Assembly (NCBI GenBank): GCA_963699545.1 | Contig: CAVOUE010000005.1 | Location: 32,001-96,000 of the forward strand | DNA from: Nitrospirota bacterium | GTDB lineage: Bacteria > Nitrospirota > Thermodesulfovibrionia > Thermodesulfovibrionales > UBA9159 | Direction: 5' to 3' | DNA: 64,000 nucleotides | Part shown: piece by piece, positions 1-9,640 of the stretch | Numbering within the stretch: the first letter of the stretch is position 1 | Layout of the letters: each line of letters opens with the position of its first letter | Notes under the pieces: model-generated | The model's database searches: none | What the model was told of the DNA's origin: nothing | What the model saw: only the letters and a program-made list of their open reading frames with translations | Position numbers and translations under genes: made by a program

Positions 1-964
1 CATTGGCACCGTGCAACTGAGCCTCAACCGCCAGGATATCAGGACGTTGTCTTACCAGTTCTGATGGGAGGGTTATCGGTAGGTCGCCGGGAAGAGTGAT
101 GTCCGCAAGATCGAGTTGCGACGGAGCCCATTCCGCCGGCGTACGTCCTGCCAGAGTGGCGAGCAGATGTTCTGCCTGGCTCAGCCTTTGCTGCAGCTGC
201 GGAATCGTGGCTTCAGTGGCAGCCATCTGAGTCTTGATACTGAGCATATTCACGTAGGGGGCCGTGCCTGCTTCCACCTGTGCTTCGGTAATTCTTATTT
301 GTTCCTTCTCCGCAGTGATGATTTGCTCCGTTGCCTCAATCTGATCCCTGTAGGCAGCTGCGGCAATAACCGTATTCACAATGTTACCCGTCAGGGCAAG
401 GTAGGTGCCCAAAACCGTGTAGCGTTGAAAGTCCACCTGGGCCTGCAGGTTCTCCACGGCGCGTCTGTTGCCCCCGAACACGTCAAGGGCATAACTGACA
501 GCACCTGTGAGCGTGTAGAGATTGAAAATGCTGCTTGAGATGTTACCACTAATCACCTGGGATGACTTCAGGCGTGCAGCGTTAAAGCCGGCGTCAAGCT
601 GAGGGTAGAAAACCCCATAGCCGGCCCGGAGATTATCCTGGCTCTGGCGCAGTCCCGCCTGTGCCGCCTGAAGGGTTTGATTGTTGGCGAGGGCCTCCTT
701 TATCATGTCATCAAGCCTTGAGGAGTTAAAGAGCCTCCACCAGTCTGCAACGACCGCAGCACCCTTTTCAAAGCGCTGCGCCTGTCCTTCTGCCGGGACT
801 GTCGTAGCAGGTTCTTCCCTATACGTATAGCGGTCGACAGGGGGCGGCTCTGGACGGACAAAGTCCGGCCCTGCGGTACAACCCATTATACTCAAGATGG
901 ATACCAGACCTATTCCCTCCACCGCGAGCTTTGCCAATACTCGCACTGCACGCTTGCAGTCCAT
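1..964 (-). CDS. Outer-membrane efflux lipoprotein, TolC/NodT family (runs off window start)
   Basis: Not in the ORF track (truncated). Manual translation from ATG at 964: MDCKRAVRVLAKLAVEGIGLVSILSIMGCTAGPDFVRPEPP...DWWRLFNSSRLDDMIKEALANNQTLQAA. Lipobox plus NodT-type N-terminus; last gene of the HlyD/ABC operon. Confidence 0.85.
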   Translation of the reverse strand, partial: MDCKRAVRVLAKLAVEGIGLVSILSIMGCTAGPDFVRPEPPPVDRYTYREEPATTVPAEGQAQRFEKGAAVVADWWRLFNSSRLDDMIKEALANNQTLQAAQAGLRQSQDNLRAGYGVFYPQLDAGFNAARLKSSQVISGNISSSIFNLYTLTGAVSYALDVFGGNRRAVENLQAQVDFQRYTVLGTYLALTGNIVNTVIAAAAYRDQIEATEQIITAEKEQIRITEAQVEAGTAPYVNMLSIKTQMAATEATIPQLQQRLSQAEHLLATLAGRTPAEWAPSQLDLADITLPGDLPITLPSELVRQRPDILAVEAQLHGAN

Positions 965-965
965 A

Positions 966-2051
966 TTATTTCCCCCCGATATAAACATCCACCAACTGAC
1001 CGGGGTAAACATTCGTGTTCCTCGGCTTTTCAAACCTGAATATCACAGGCAATACTCTCACATCGACCCTCTCGGTTCTCTGGTTAGACAACTGCACCTT
1101 GGGGGACACATAGGGCTGCACCCGCACGTATTGCAATGGGAGACGGACGTCCGTGCCTCTGATGGACATCTCCGCTTTCATCTCCGATGAGTGCGGCAGC
1201 CTCTGTATGAGTATCTCGTCGATATAGCACCTGACGCCCATGTAGTTCTGGGGGTCCCCCATAACAAGGACTGGGTTAGATCCCTGCGTATAGGTGTCAT
1301 AGGTGCCTTGCGTCGATATGTAGCTGCCGACAGCTGCATTTATTGATAGAATCACTCCATCTGAGGGCGCCTTTATGAGGTATTTAGCAAGGAGGGCGTT
1401 TGAAGATATGAAGGCCTTTGTCAAAGCAATGTACTGGTTTTCCTGATTTTTTATGTCATACACCCAGGCCCCGGCCTTAGTGAGTTCGTACTGCTTCTGG
1501 GCGACCTCAAAATTCGCTTTTGCCACTTTGACCGCATTCTCAGCGTTATCCAAATCATTTTTGCTTACTGATTTCGGGTAAAGTTCGTACGACTTCCTCT
1601 GCTTGTCTAACTGGTCCTGCGCGGTCTTGAGGTTTGCGGTAGCCAGTTCCACCTGAGCTTTGGCAATTTCAAGGTTTTCTTTTCTTGGCTGGGCCTTGAG
1701 TTCTTCCAGGAGAGCCAGGGCAGCCTCCGCTTGCGCCTTCTGCTGTTCAGCCGTCGCCCTTTGCACTGAATCATCCATCATCATTAGCGCAGTCCCTTTG
1801 CGCACAGTTTGTCCCTCCGTGACCATGATTTGTGTGACTGTCCCTGAGACTTCCGGAAATATGTTGATGTTTTCCCCATTGCTCTGGTAGCTCTCAATAA
1901 TGCCATTCGCATAAATACCGCTGGCGTATGGGTTGGAGGCAGGGGTGAAGGCCGGAGACTGCGGTTTCTGTTCTTTGGCATATATATAAGCGCTTATTAG
2001 ACCTCCTATGATGCCTATAATTGAAAGAGTGAGCAAAATCTTATTCCTCAA
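966..2051 (-). CDS. HlyD-family efflux periplasmic adaptor subunit
   Basis: N-terminal TM, lipoyl-like half motifs (PEVSGTVTQIMVTEGQTVRKG; IKAPSDGVIL), coiled coil, C-terminal PGQLVDV. Confidence 0.9.
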   Translation of the reverse strand: MRNKILLTLSIIGIIGGLISAYIYAKEQKPQSPAFTPASNPYASGIYANGIIESYQSNGENINIFPEVSGTVTQIMVTEGQTVRKGTALMMMDDSVQRATAEQQKAQAEAALALLEELKAQPRKENLEIAKAQVELATANLKTAQDQLDKQRKSYELYPKSVSKNDLDNAENAVKVAKANFEVAQKQYELTKAGAWVYDIKNQENQYIALTKAFISSNALLAKYLIKAPSDGVILSINAAVGSYISTQGTYDTYTQGSNPVLVMGDPQNYMGVRCYIDEILIQRLPHSSEMKAEMSIRGTDVRLPLQYVRVQPYVSPKVQLSNQRTERVDVRVLPVIFRFEKPRNTNVYPGQLVDVYIGGK

Positions 2052-2745
2052 GTGAGCCTCCTTTCTGTGACCCCGTTATCTTTCCGTCCGACATCTTCAT
2101 TATCCTGTCAGCAAATTCGAATATCCTGCTGTCGTGTGTCACAATGACTATGCAACGCTTCTCATTCAGTATGTTGCTTTTGACGAAATCCACGATCCGT
2201 CTCCCCGTGTCTCCGTCCAGGGAGGCGGTGGGCTCGTCGAATATAAGGATATCAGGGCTACTGGCGATCGCCCGAGCGATTGCTACCCTTTGCTGTTCCC
2301 CACCGCTTAACTTGACCGGAGGCAGGTGTGCCCGGTCCTTGAGCCCCACTATCTCCAGGAAGCGCATGGCTGTGTTCATGGCCTCGTTCCAGTCAACCTT
2401 TTTCAGAACCAGGGGAATCGCAACATTCTCCAACGTGGTCAAGCGCGGAAAGAGGTGATAATCCTGGAACACGAATCCCACCTTGTTCAACCTGAAATCT
2501 GCAAGCTGGTCGCTGCTCAGGTTCCAGATATCCTTGTTCTCCACCGACACAGTTCCTGTATTTGGCCTGAGGATCCCCGAGATCATGCTCAGTAGTGTCG
2601 TTTTGCCGCTTCCCGAAGGGCCTTCGATGTAAAGCATTTCTCCGAAGTAAGCCGCGAAACTGACACCTCTGACCGCATACGTTTTGGTGTCGCCCTCGCC
2701 AAACCATTTGACCAGCTCATTAGCCTTCATTGCCAGAGCTGCCAT
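2041..2745 (-). CDS. ABC transporter ATP-binding protein (LolD/MacB/DevA-like)
   Basis: Walker A GPSGSGKTT, LSGGEQQRVAIARA, DEPTASLD, VTHD. Confidence 0.95.
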   Translation of the reverse strand: MAALAMKANELVKWFGEGDTKTYAVRGVSFAAYFGEMLYIEGPSGSGKTTLLSMISGILRPNTGTVSVENKDIWNLSSDQLADFRLNKVGFVFQDYHLFPRLTTLENVAIPLVLKKVDWNEAMNTAMRFLEIVGLKDRAHLPPVKLSGGEQQRVAIARAIASSPDILIFDEPTASLDGDTGRRIVDFVKSNILNEKRCIVIVTHDSRIFEFADRIMKMSDGKITGSQKGGSLEE

Positions 2746-2746
2746 G

Positions 2747-3884
2747 TCAACCCCTGAAGATGTCGAAAGGCTCTATCTTGATTACCTTTCTGACACCAAT
2801 GTAGCTGGAGATTCCGGCTATTATCACCACCATGATAAAGGCAAAGACAAGGTTGCTGTAAGTTATCTGGGCAGCATAGCTTGGCAGTCTCAGCTTGGCG
2901 CCCGCTATTACCAAAGAGGCCAGTCCGATCCCGAGTCCATAGCCGGTCAGGGCTGTGAAGCCCGCCTGGAAAAGTATCATACATATGAGTTCCCGCCCCT
3001 TGGCTCCTATCGCTTTCAACGCCCCGAATTTTTCAAGGTTTTCCAGTATGAACGTATAAAAGGTCTGCCCCGAAATTGAGAGGCCCACCACAAAGCTAAT
3101 CACCGTCATCAGCATGACGTTTATACCAAGACCTGTCTTGTATTTATAGAAAGTGGAGAACCTTCCGGACGAATTCATCCTTGGTGAGCGCTTGATACCC
3201 AAGTCGTTTGATCTCTTCCTTGATACGCGGTATTGCATCCCTGCTTTTCGGTTCCACCAGCACATATGCAAGGGTATACCTGGACGTTGGCAGATATTGA
3301 ATGGCCCTATTGTAAGTTGTGTACAAGGTGGGGACACCGAACAATCCCCCCGAAGTGACCTTGGCAATCCCCACCACGACCGCCCGGTGGTCGTTTATCT
3401 CAAAGTCTGAGCCAAGTTTAGGGTTGTCTAGCTTAGCGAACTCGGAGTCCTTGACGACAAGGAAGCCGTTTTCCGCATAGATGTCTTCTACCTTTCCCTC
3501 TATGAGCTCAGGTCTTCCGAAGAGGCTCGCATCGTCCAGCCCCAGGATAGTTACGGCCTGATAGACGCCGCTGCGCAGTTTTACGAGAGCTCCCCCCGAA
3601 TACAGAGGTACGGCATAGTTGACTCCTTCTATGCTTCGAGCTGCGTCCAATATATAATCCGGCATTGGGATGCTACTCGCAACCGTATTTACTGCCGGGT
3701 CCATTACCCACACTGTGGCCCCAATGTTTATGACGGTGGAGGATGACCTCTTTAGAATGCCGGCGAACATTGATGTCATCATGGTCATTAAGAAGACTGC
3801 AAAAGTCACACCGACAAGCAGCGCGACAAATTTGCCCTTGTCGTTTACCAACAGCTTGTAGGCGATTCTGAGGATTCCTTTCAT
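2747..3884 (-). CDS. ABC transporter permease (FtsX/MacB/DevC-like), frameshift near 3160
   Basis: ORFs 3144-3884 and 2747-3367 join as ...KDEFVRKV/STFYKYKTGLG...FGALKAIGA...IEPFDIFRG with one extra base. Confidence 0.85.
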
Positions 3885-4006
3885 CTATCTTCTCCCCAGT
3901 CTACGGCAAAATAGAAACAGCGTGCAGCAGCAGAAACCGCATGCCTTTCGTGCCGCCTCTGTCCGTCATCATGTGTCATAAATAATGACACTCAGAGAAA
4001 TGCGAA

Positions 4007-5072
4007 CTATTTCCTCATTCCCCCGCTGTTCCCACTCGCTTTCCCAGCGGGAGCACTAGCAGTTCTCCCGCCACCCGACGTACTGGAACGAGGCGTAAAT
4101 GCCCTTCCGGCGCCTGGCGGTTGACTGTAGACCCTGTTTGAAGAAAAGGGATTGACTCCCCGGACACTCCTCGTTGCTGGCCGGCTAATTGTTCCGGTTG
4201 TGCTTCCCTTAGGGCGAATCTCCCTCTTTCCAGGCGCCACAGACCCTCTCGAAGTTCCATTAAATATCCTTTCAGGCGCCCTACTGACCCCGGTGTTGAC
4301 AAAATTGCTGGACCGGGGCGCTCCGATCCCGGCGTAGGTCCTACCTTGGAACCTCTTTTCAGGATCTATCCTGAAGACCCTGTTTGAGCTGGCATCTCGG
4401 AAGTGGTTGCTGGCGGTATATACATGCCCGTTCTCACTGAAATGCCTGTGAAAATCGTGGAGCATGAAATATCCCCCAAACCAGAATCCACCCCACCAGA
4501 ACGGATAGGGAACCCAGGCATACAAATAATAATAATCCGGCGGCGGAGCATAGTATGTCACGATAGGAGGTCCCTGCTCGTAATAGTAATTGCTGATGAC
4601 TGTCTGGTCTGGATAACTGTTGCCGGCTAGTGCGTTGCCGGTCACGCCTTCGGAGAACGTTTCCGGGGGGGCCTGCCGGTCCGGGACTTAGCGACATGTT
4701 CGCGCTTGCCTGAACATCTTCCAAGGTCTTGAGTGCCGTAGCCTCATCTATGGGTATCGTTCTAGCTTGGGCTGCGTATGTGACGGAGTCACGCAGCTCA
4801 CCTAAAATGTCAGGCGTAACAGGATAGTCTGCGATCCAGCCATTGCGCGGCGCTATCCCGGCAGTCCCCAACATGCTCTCCGCCTCTGCCTCGGACGAAG
4901 GATGCCCGATGCTCAGGGCTTCAGCGAGCATCATTGCAAATGCACCCTCGCGCACTGTAGGCGCTCCCACCGGAGGCGGCTGCGCCTGCCCCTCCTGGAT
5001 ATAAGTTCCAAGCAATAGCACCATCGTCGCAACTACGGACAACACAGGAGCCTTGAAATCAAGTTCTCTCAT
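4007..5072 (-). CDS. Secreted hypothetical protein with Pro/Tyr/Trp-rich segment and low-complexity tail, frameshift at G/C run ~4664-4671
   Basis: ORF 4434-5072 (signal peptide, RBS GGAAGG) and ORF 4007-4645 join across a homopolymer. Confidence 0.65.
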
Positions 5073-5290
5073 GGTTGATCACCTTCCTTCTTCCTTCATA
5101 CATCCTACACCAAAAACCGCACTAGTCAAATGGGAAAAGAACCTTCCCCCCATCCTCTGATCTCCAAGAAAGTCGGACGAGGAAAGCAGGTAGGTTTGGT
5201 GAACGCCTTGTCACTGTGCGAAGACTTCCCTGACAAGACGTTCACCCATCGGCTTCTGTGCGAAAGCAGCCATGTAGCTCCATTCTCCCC

Positions 5291-5782
5291 TTACTGTTTC
5301 TTCAGATGCATGGCATATCCGAAGAGGAGACGGCCGGTTTTTTTATCCAGCCTGCTCTGGGCCTGCGCGGTGAGCTGTGCCTGGAGTTGTTGCAAATGTT
5401 CAGGCGTGAGTGCCGCGCTTAGCGCACTGTTAAGCTGAGATCGCGCAGCTTTTAGCTGGACCTTTGCATTAGAGAGAACTGCGGCATCAGCGACGAGTCG
5501 AGAGCCGTCCGGCGGTGTTGCATCGAGATCCGTCCTGAGCTGCTTCTTAGCCGCACGGAATGTCTGCATTGCCGTCTTAGCGGCTGGGCCATAGGTCGAC
5601 AAAGCATTCGTCAGGGCAGTCTGCTCATCCGAACTGAGACCAAGTGCATCTATTAACTTCATATCCGCACCAAATCTGTGGCCATGCCCAAAGCCGGCCG
5701 CATCTGCCTTACAGACTCCGCCAGCTACGATCACGCTCAGTAAGAGCGACAGGACAGAGATATTCTTGAGCCATCCTTTCAT
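5291..5782 (-). CDS. Spy/CpxP-like periplasmic protein (LTxxQ-type)
   Basis: Signal peptide, GHGHRFG, LGLSSDEQ and LTPEHLQQL motifs; RBS AAGGAGGTG before ATG 5782. Confidence 0.75.
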   Translation of the reverse strand: MKGWLKNISVLSLLLSVIVAGGVCKADAAGFGHGHRFGADMKLIDALGLSSDEQTALTNALSTYGPAAKTAMQTFRAAKKQLRTDLDATPPDGSRLVADAAVLSNAKVQLKAARSQLNSALSAALTPEHLQQLQAQLTAQAQSRLDKKTGRLLFGYAMHLKKQ

Positions 5783-5809
5783 GTTCTTCACCTCCTTTCT
5801 CAATAATTA

Positions 5810-5836
5810 AGACGATGTGAACAAGCAGGGGTTACA
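5810..5836 (-). promoter_or_regulatory. ECF sigma factor promoter TGTAAC-N16-CGTCT
   Basis: Just upstream of the Spy/CpxP-like gene; motif recurs at 6863-6890 and 7132-7159. Confidence 0.7.
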
Positions 5837-5932
5837 ATAAAGATCCCAGCAGTGCAGGTATCACCCCCGCTTCATGCCATATCTGCAAGTACAATTGCTG
5901 GTTTTGATCATCTCCGTAGTGCGAGGTCATCT

Positions 5933-6088
5933 CTATGCCTCTACAGTTGTTGATGCCGCAAAATTTGGGCAGCTTTCATAAAAGGCTCTGAAGCACAACG
6001 TCTCCATTTCTGTGATATTGGGAACATAAATAGCATCCGTTGCAACACAGATACCAAAATATCCTTCCTTGAAATATGGACAGCTCAC
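5933..6088 (-). CDS. Small Cys-rich protein (51 aa), below the ORF-track cutoff
   Basis: RBS AGGGAGG, GTG start; MSCPYFKEGYFGICVATDAIYVPNITEMETLCFRAFYESCPNFAASTTVEA. Confidence 0.7.
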   Translation of the reverse strand: MSCPYFKEGYFGICVATDAIYVPNITEMETLCFRAFYESCPNFAASTTVEA

Positions 6089-6180
6089 GGACACCTCCCT
6101 GACTTGAAACTTTGAAGTCCTGTATTTTCAAGTTCCTTTGTATTTGTTTGGCTCATGGCAATCGTTCCTTCTCGATCGTT

Positions 6181-6229
6181 AAAAAGGGATGCCCGGGCCA
6201 TGGACGGGGGGGTCACCTAACCCGGGCAC
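6181..6229 (-). terminator. Probable intrinsic terminator after the 6334-6831 gene
   Basis: TGCCCGGG...CCCGGGCA stem followed by TCCCTTTTT on the minus strand. Confidence 0.55.
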
Positions 6230-6333
6230 CTAGCGGGAGGAAACCTTAAATCTGTTTCTCCCTAATCATGTGTCTTGCCCATCACACCTTCACAGCGATT
6301 GTTGGACAGTTACTTGGCCAGCTACCATATCTG

Positions 6334-6831
6334 TTAAAAGCCATGCATCCCGCCACTGCGGGAGCCTCGGCCGCTGTGTGTTTGGTTGCTCTCCTTCTTT
6401 TCTTTCTGCTCTTCCCTGAGCTTCTGATACTCCTTCATTTGATCCTCAGTGAGAATCTTTCCAAGCTGCATATCGGTGGACCAACGAAGTTCCTGCAGTT
6501 GGCTTTTCACCGCCTTTTTGTCGTCTGAACCATTTTTCACTATCTCTTGACGCTTCCGGATGTTTTCCTCGATAATCGGCCTCATCTTGGTTGCCTGCTC
6601 TTCGGTGAGGGTGAGGCGTGTCTTTAGCTGGGACATGACCTCATCTGGAGAAGCATTCATGTTCGATACATCTTTCGCCTGCACCCCGGCAGGCTGCACC
6701 ATAAGGATCATGGCACACAACAACATGTAACCTGAAAAGGCAAGGAATTTCAGATAACTCCTATTGACTATAACCGCCATGACGCATCTTATTGTGGCCA
6801 TGAGAATATCGCTCATTGGGTCGCTACTCAT
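6334..6831 (-). CDS. Second Spy/CpxP-like periplasmic protein
   Basis: Hydrophobic leader; LTLTEEQ and ILTEDQ motifs; Gly-rich tail; RBS GGAGG. Confidence 0.7.
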   Translation of the reverse strand: MSSDPMSDILMATIRCVMAVIVNRSYLKFLAFSGYMLLCAMILMVQPAGVQAKDVSNMNASPDEVMSQLKTRLTLTEEQATKMRPIIEENIRKRQEIVKNGSDDKKAVKSQLQELRWSTDMQLGKILTEDQMKEYQKLREEQKEKKESNQTHSGRGSRSGGMHGF

Positions 6832-6862
6832 AAAGCCTCCTCTGTGTGTTCGATAAAAATGT

Positions 6863-6890
6863 AGACGATTAAGAAAGATGTTAGGTTACA
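6863..6890 (-). promoter_or_regulatory. ECF sigma factor promoter TGTAAC-N17-CGTCT
   Basis: About 30 nt upstream of ATG 6831; same motif as 5810-5836. Confidence 0.7.
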
Positions 6891-7009
6891 ACTATTTCAA
6901 GATATGAAGTTCCGCACAGTGCAGTTTGAGATAGATCGTATTGAGAAGGGGGGGGCTGCCTGCCGTTTCTTCGGAGGGGACAGCAGGCAGCACTTGGTAA
7001 ATCAACTAA

Positions 7010-7041
7010 AGTTTAAATGTTGAATATGAAGAAAATGTGAA
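7010..7041 (-). promoter_or_regulatory. OmpR/PhoB-type direct repeat TTCACA-N5-TTCATA plus -10 TAAACT
   Basis: Same geometry (repeat, 9 nt, -10) as 7248-7279. Confidence 0.5.
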
Positions 7042-7131
7042 TGCTTGCAAGAACGGTTATTTCTATAGATGAACTACTCGACTATGCGACAGACCTTCCG
7101 TATTTATCGCAGTGTAATGTCACTTGCGTTT

Positions 7132-7159
7132 TGTAACTTGCAACATGTCTTCATCGTCT
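7132..7159 (+). promoter_or_regulatory. ECF sigma factor promoter TGTAAC-N17-CGTCT (divergent copy)
   Basis: Third copy of the motif. Confidence 0.6.
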
Positions 7160-7247
7160 GACTCTTATAGAAACAATAGAAAGGGGAGAGTAAAATATCT
7201 TCTGTAACTGGCGTGATTCTGTTATCTACCCACCAGTGCTCGCAATC

Positions 7248-7279
7248 TTCACAGTTTATTCACACACTTGTGATAGGCT
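7248..7279 (+). promoter_or_regulatory. OmpR/PhoB-type direct repeat TTCACA-N5-TTCACA plus extended -10 TGaTAGGCT
   Basis: Perfect 11-bp-period direct repeat upstream of gene 7342. Confidence 0.55.
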
Positions 7280-7341
7280 GCCCTGAACTCAGGGAAAGGC
7301 GTTGACACCGGGTCCAGTTAACTTCAATCAGGAGGGAAACG

Positions 7342-7653
7342 ATGTCTGCAGAGAAAAATGACCGTACAAATATGTCAAAGCATATTCTGCCTAATTCCGG
7401 TAACCTTCTTGGTCTGTGTTTTGCGATACTCAGCTTCATAAAGGTATCAGGCCTGGCAAATGCAACGCTTATAGATGAAATCCTGGTCGTCGCTATTGTT
7501 CTGTTTCTGTTTGCCTGTATTGTTTCGTATGCGTCTATGAGGTCTTTGAAGAAAGAGGAATACTATGAACACATTGCAGAGTTCATTTTCCTCGGAGGAT
7601 TGTTTTTGCTGGGAAGCTGTGCAGTGAGGGTTGGTGTTGAGTTGCTACGTTAG
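7342..7653 (+). CDS. Small membrane protein (3 TM), unknown function
   Basis: RBS AGGAGG; three hydrophobic helices; HILPNSGNLLGLC N-terminus. Confidence 0.75.
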   Translation: MSAEKNDRTNMSKHILPNSGNLLGLCFAILSFIKVSGLANATLIDEILVVAIVLFLFACIVSYASMRSLKKEEYYEHIAEFIFLGGLFLLGSCAVRVGVELLR

Positions 7654-7757
7654 AGCAGAGATTTCTTATGTCACTCCGGGAGGAGGCTGTGGGCTCCCGA
7701 GGGAGAAACCCATGCTCAGTGGGAGCTTTGTGCGTACTGAGGTAATTAAGTGAGATT

Positions 7758-9521
7758 GTGGCGCCTTACCTTGTAACCCGCAGACCACCGTGGCAGTTAG
7801 TTCTGGTTTTTCTTATTTTAGCTATTTCTATATCTTCTACAGGACTTCTTTACTATAGCAGCCAGAGGAAGCTAATCAAGAAGGAAAGACAGGATGAACT
7901 CCTCGCAATTGCTGACTTAAAAGAAAGCCAGATTGTAAACTGGCGCAAAGAACGTTTAGCGGATGCGGCCACCATATTTGCAAATTCCTCGCTGACGCCT
8001 CACATACGTAGTCTGCTTCAGGGACAAGAGAGAGCAAAACAGATGAGACAGATTCGCACGTGGATGGACGCTTTCAAGGGCACCTACGTGTATGATGACA
8101 TTCTTCTCGTCGACAAAGACGGACACATTCTCCTATCAGTTTCACAGAAGAGCGAAGATATCGGGCCTGATGAAAGAAGACTGTCTTCCTATTCAATGAA
8201 GGTCAAGAAAGTGATATTTTCCGATCTTTACAAGAGCAAAGTTTCACGGAGAATCCTTCTGAGCATTGTCGTGCCGATTCTGGATAAAGAGGCAAATGAG
8301 ACGCTGGGCGTTTTTCTTTTGCGGATCGACCCGCATGTATTTCTATATCCTCTTATTCAGACATGGCCGACTCGCAGTCCCACTTCAGAAACTATACTTA
8401 TACGCCGTGAAAGGGACGAAGTAGTCTATCTCAACGATCTCCGCTATCGTAATGATACCGCCCTCACATTCCGTATGCCCATACGCGATCTACGTCTTCC
8501 AACAGCAGTGGCGGCACAGGGCAAAGAGGGGATTTTCGAGAGCGTCAATTATAAAGGAACTGAGGTCTTCACCGCGCTACGATCCATTCCCGACTCTCCA
8601 TGGTCTATAATCGCAAATGTCGACAAGGAAGAGGTCTATGCACCAATCAGGGCGCGCTTATGGAGCGTGATGATTGTGATTGTTCTCAGCATACTGTTGG
8701 CTGCGGCGGCAGTCATCCTCATCTTAAGCAGGCGGGAAGAGGAAGAAGAGAAAAGGTATCGCAAACATCTTGAAGAAACGGTGAGGGAACGGACAGCAGA
8801 GTTGGAAAGAGTGAACAAGGTACTAAAGGCATCTTACAAGGACATGGAGAGCTTTAGCTACGCGGCATCTCATGATCTTAGGACACCCCTTATAGTCATC
8901 AGCGGTTTCGTCCGGAGAATGTTAAGGGATTATTCTGACAAGCTTGATCCCAAAGGTCTGGAGATCCTTAACATCGTCAAGGACAGCTCAAAGAGGATGG
9001 AGCAACTTATAAGTGATCTTCTTGCCTTCTCCCGAGTAACAACTAAAGAGATTCAACTCGTTGAAATAGATATGGGAGCGCTTGTTGATAAAGTATTTGA
9101 TGATCTCAGGCCGACTATCGAAAGAAGGGACGTGCGCTTGATAAGAAAACCTCTTCCCGTTGGATATGGCGATGCCTCTATGATTCGCCAAGTTCTTGTT
9201 AACCTTCTGTCAAATGCGATCAAATATACAGAACCTAAAGAAGGCGGGATAATCGAAGTGGGAGGATCCGTGAAGGGCAATGAAAACATATATTATGTAA
9301 AAGACAACGGTATAGGATTCGATATGCAGCACGCTGGTAAACTCTTCGGACTTTTTCAACGTTTGGATAACACTCATAAAATTGAGGGGACAGGCATTGG
9401 ACTTGTCATCATCAAAAGAACACTTGAAAAACATGGTGGACGGATATGGGCAGAAGGGAAGCTTAAAGAGGGAGCGACATTTTATTTCACATTGCACAAC
9501 AACCTTAATGCACCCCTTTAA
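7758..9521 (+). CDS. Sensor histidine kinase with periplasmic Cache-like domain
   Basis: Two TMs; H-box FSYAASHDLRTPL, N-box NLLSNAIKY, DNGIGFD, GTGIGL. Confidence 0.95.
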   Translation: MAPYLVTRRPPWQLVLVFLILAISISSTGLLYYSSQRKLIKKERQDELLAIADLKESQIVNWRKERLADAATIFANSSLTPHIRSLLQGQERAKQMRQIRTWMDAFKGTYVYDDILLVDKDGHILLSVSQKSEDIGPDERRLSSYSMKVKKVIFSDLYKSKVSRRILLSIVVPILDKEANETLGVFLLRIDPHVFLYPLIQTWPTRSPTSETILIRRERDEVVYLNDLRYRNDTALTFRMPIRDLRLPTAVAAQGKEGIFESVNYKGTEVFTALRSIPDSPWSIIANVDKEEVYAPIRARLWSVMIVIVLSILLAAAAVILILSRREEEEEKRYRKHLEETVRERTAELERVNKVLKASYKDMESFSYAASHDLRTPLIVISGFVRRMLRDYSDKLDPKGLEILNIVKDSSKRMEQLISDLLAFSRVTTKEIQLVEIDMGALVDKVFDDLRPTIERRDVRLIRKPLPVGYGDASMIRQVLVNLLSNAIKYTEPKEGGIIEVGGSVKGNENIYYVKDNGIGFDMQHAGKLFGLFQRLDNTHKIEGTGIGLVIIKRTLEKHGGRIWAEGKLKEGATFYFTLHNNLNAPL

Positions 9522-9640
9522 TCCTTTTAATGAGTGACGAGAACTCCCCGTGCTCTTGAGCTGATACCGAAGCTGAGACGCTGCCTCGGTAACAGCGCTT
9601 TAGGTTGAGCTCCCCCAGAGGCATTGAAGGGCTAAAAGCT

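Noticed and set aside
7654-7757. Hairpin upstream of the histidine kinase as a riboswitch
   Set aside because: No conserved motifs of any riboswitch class I can recognise
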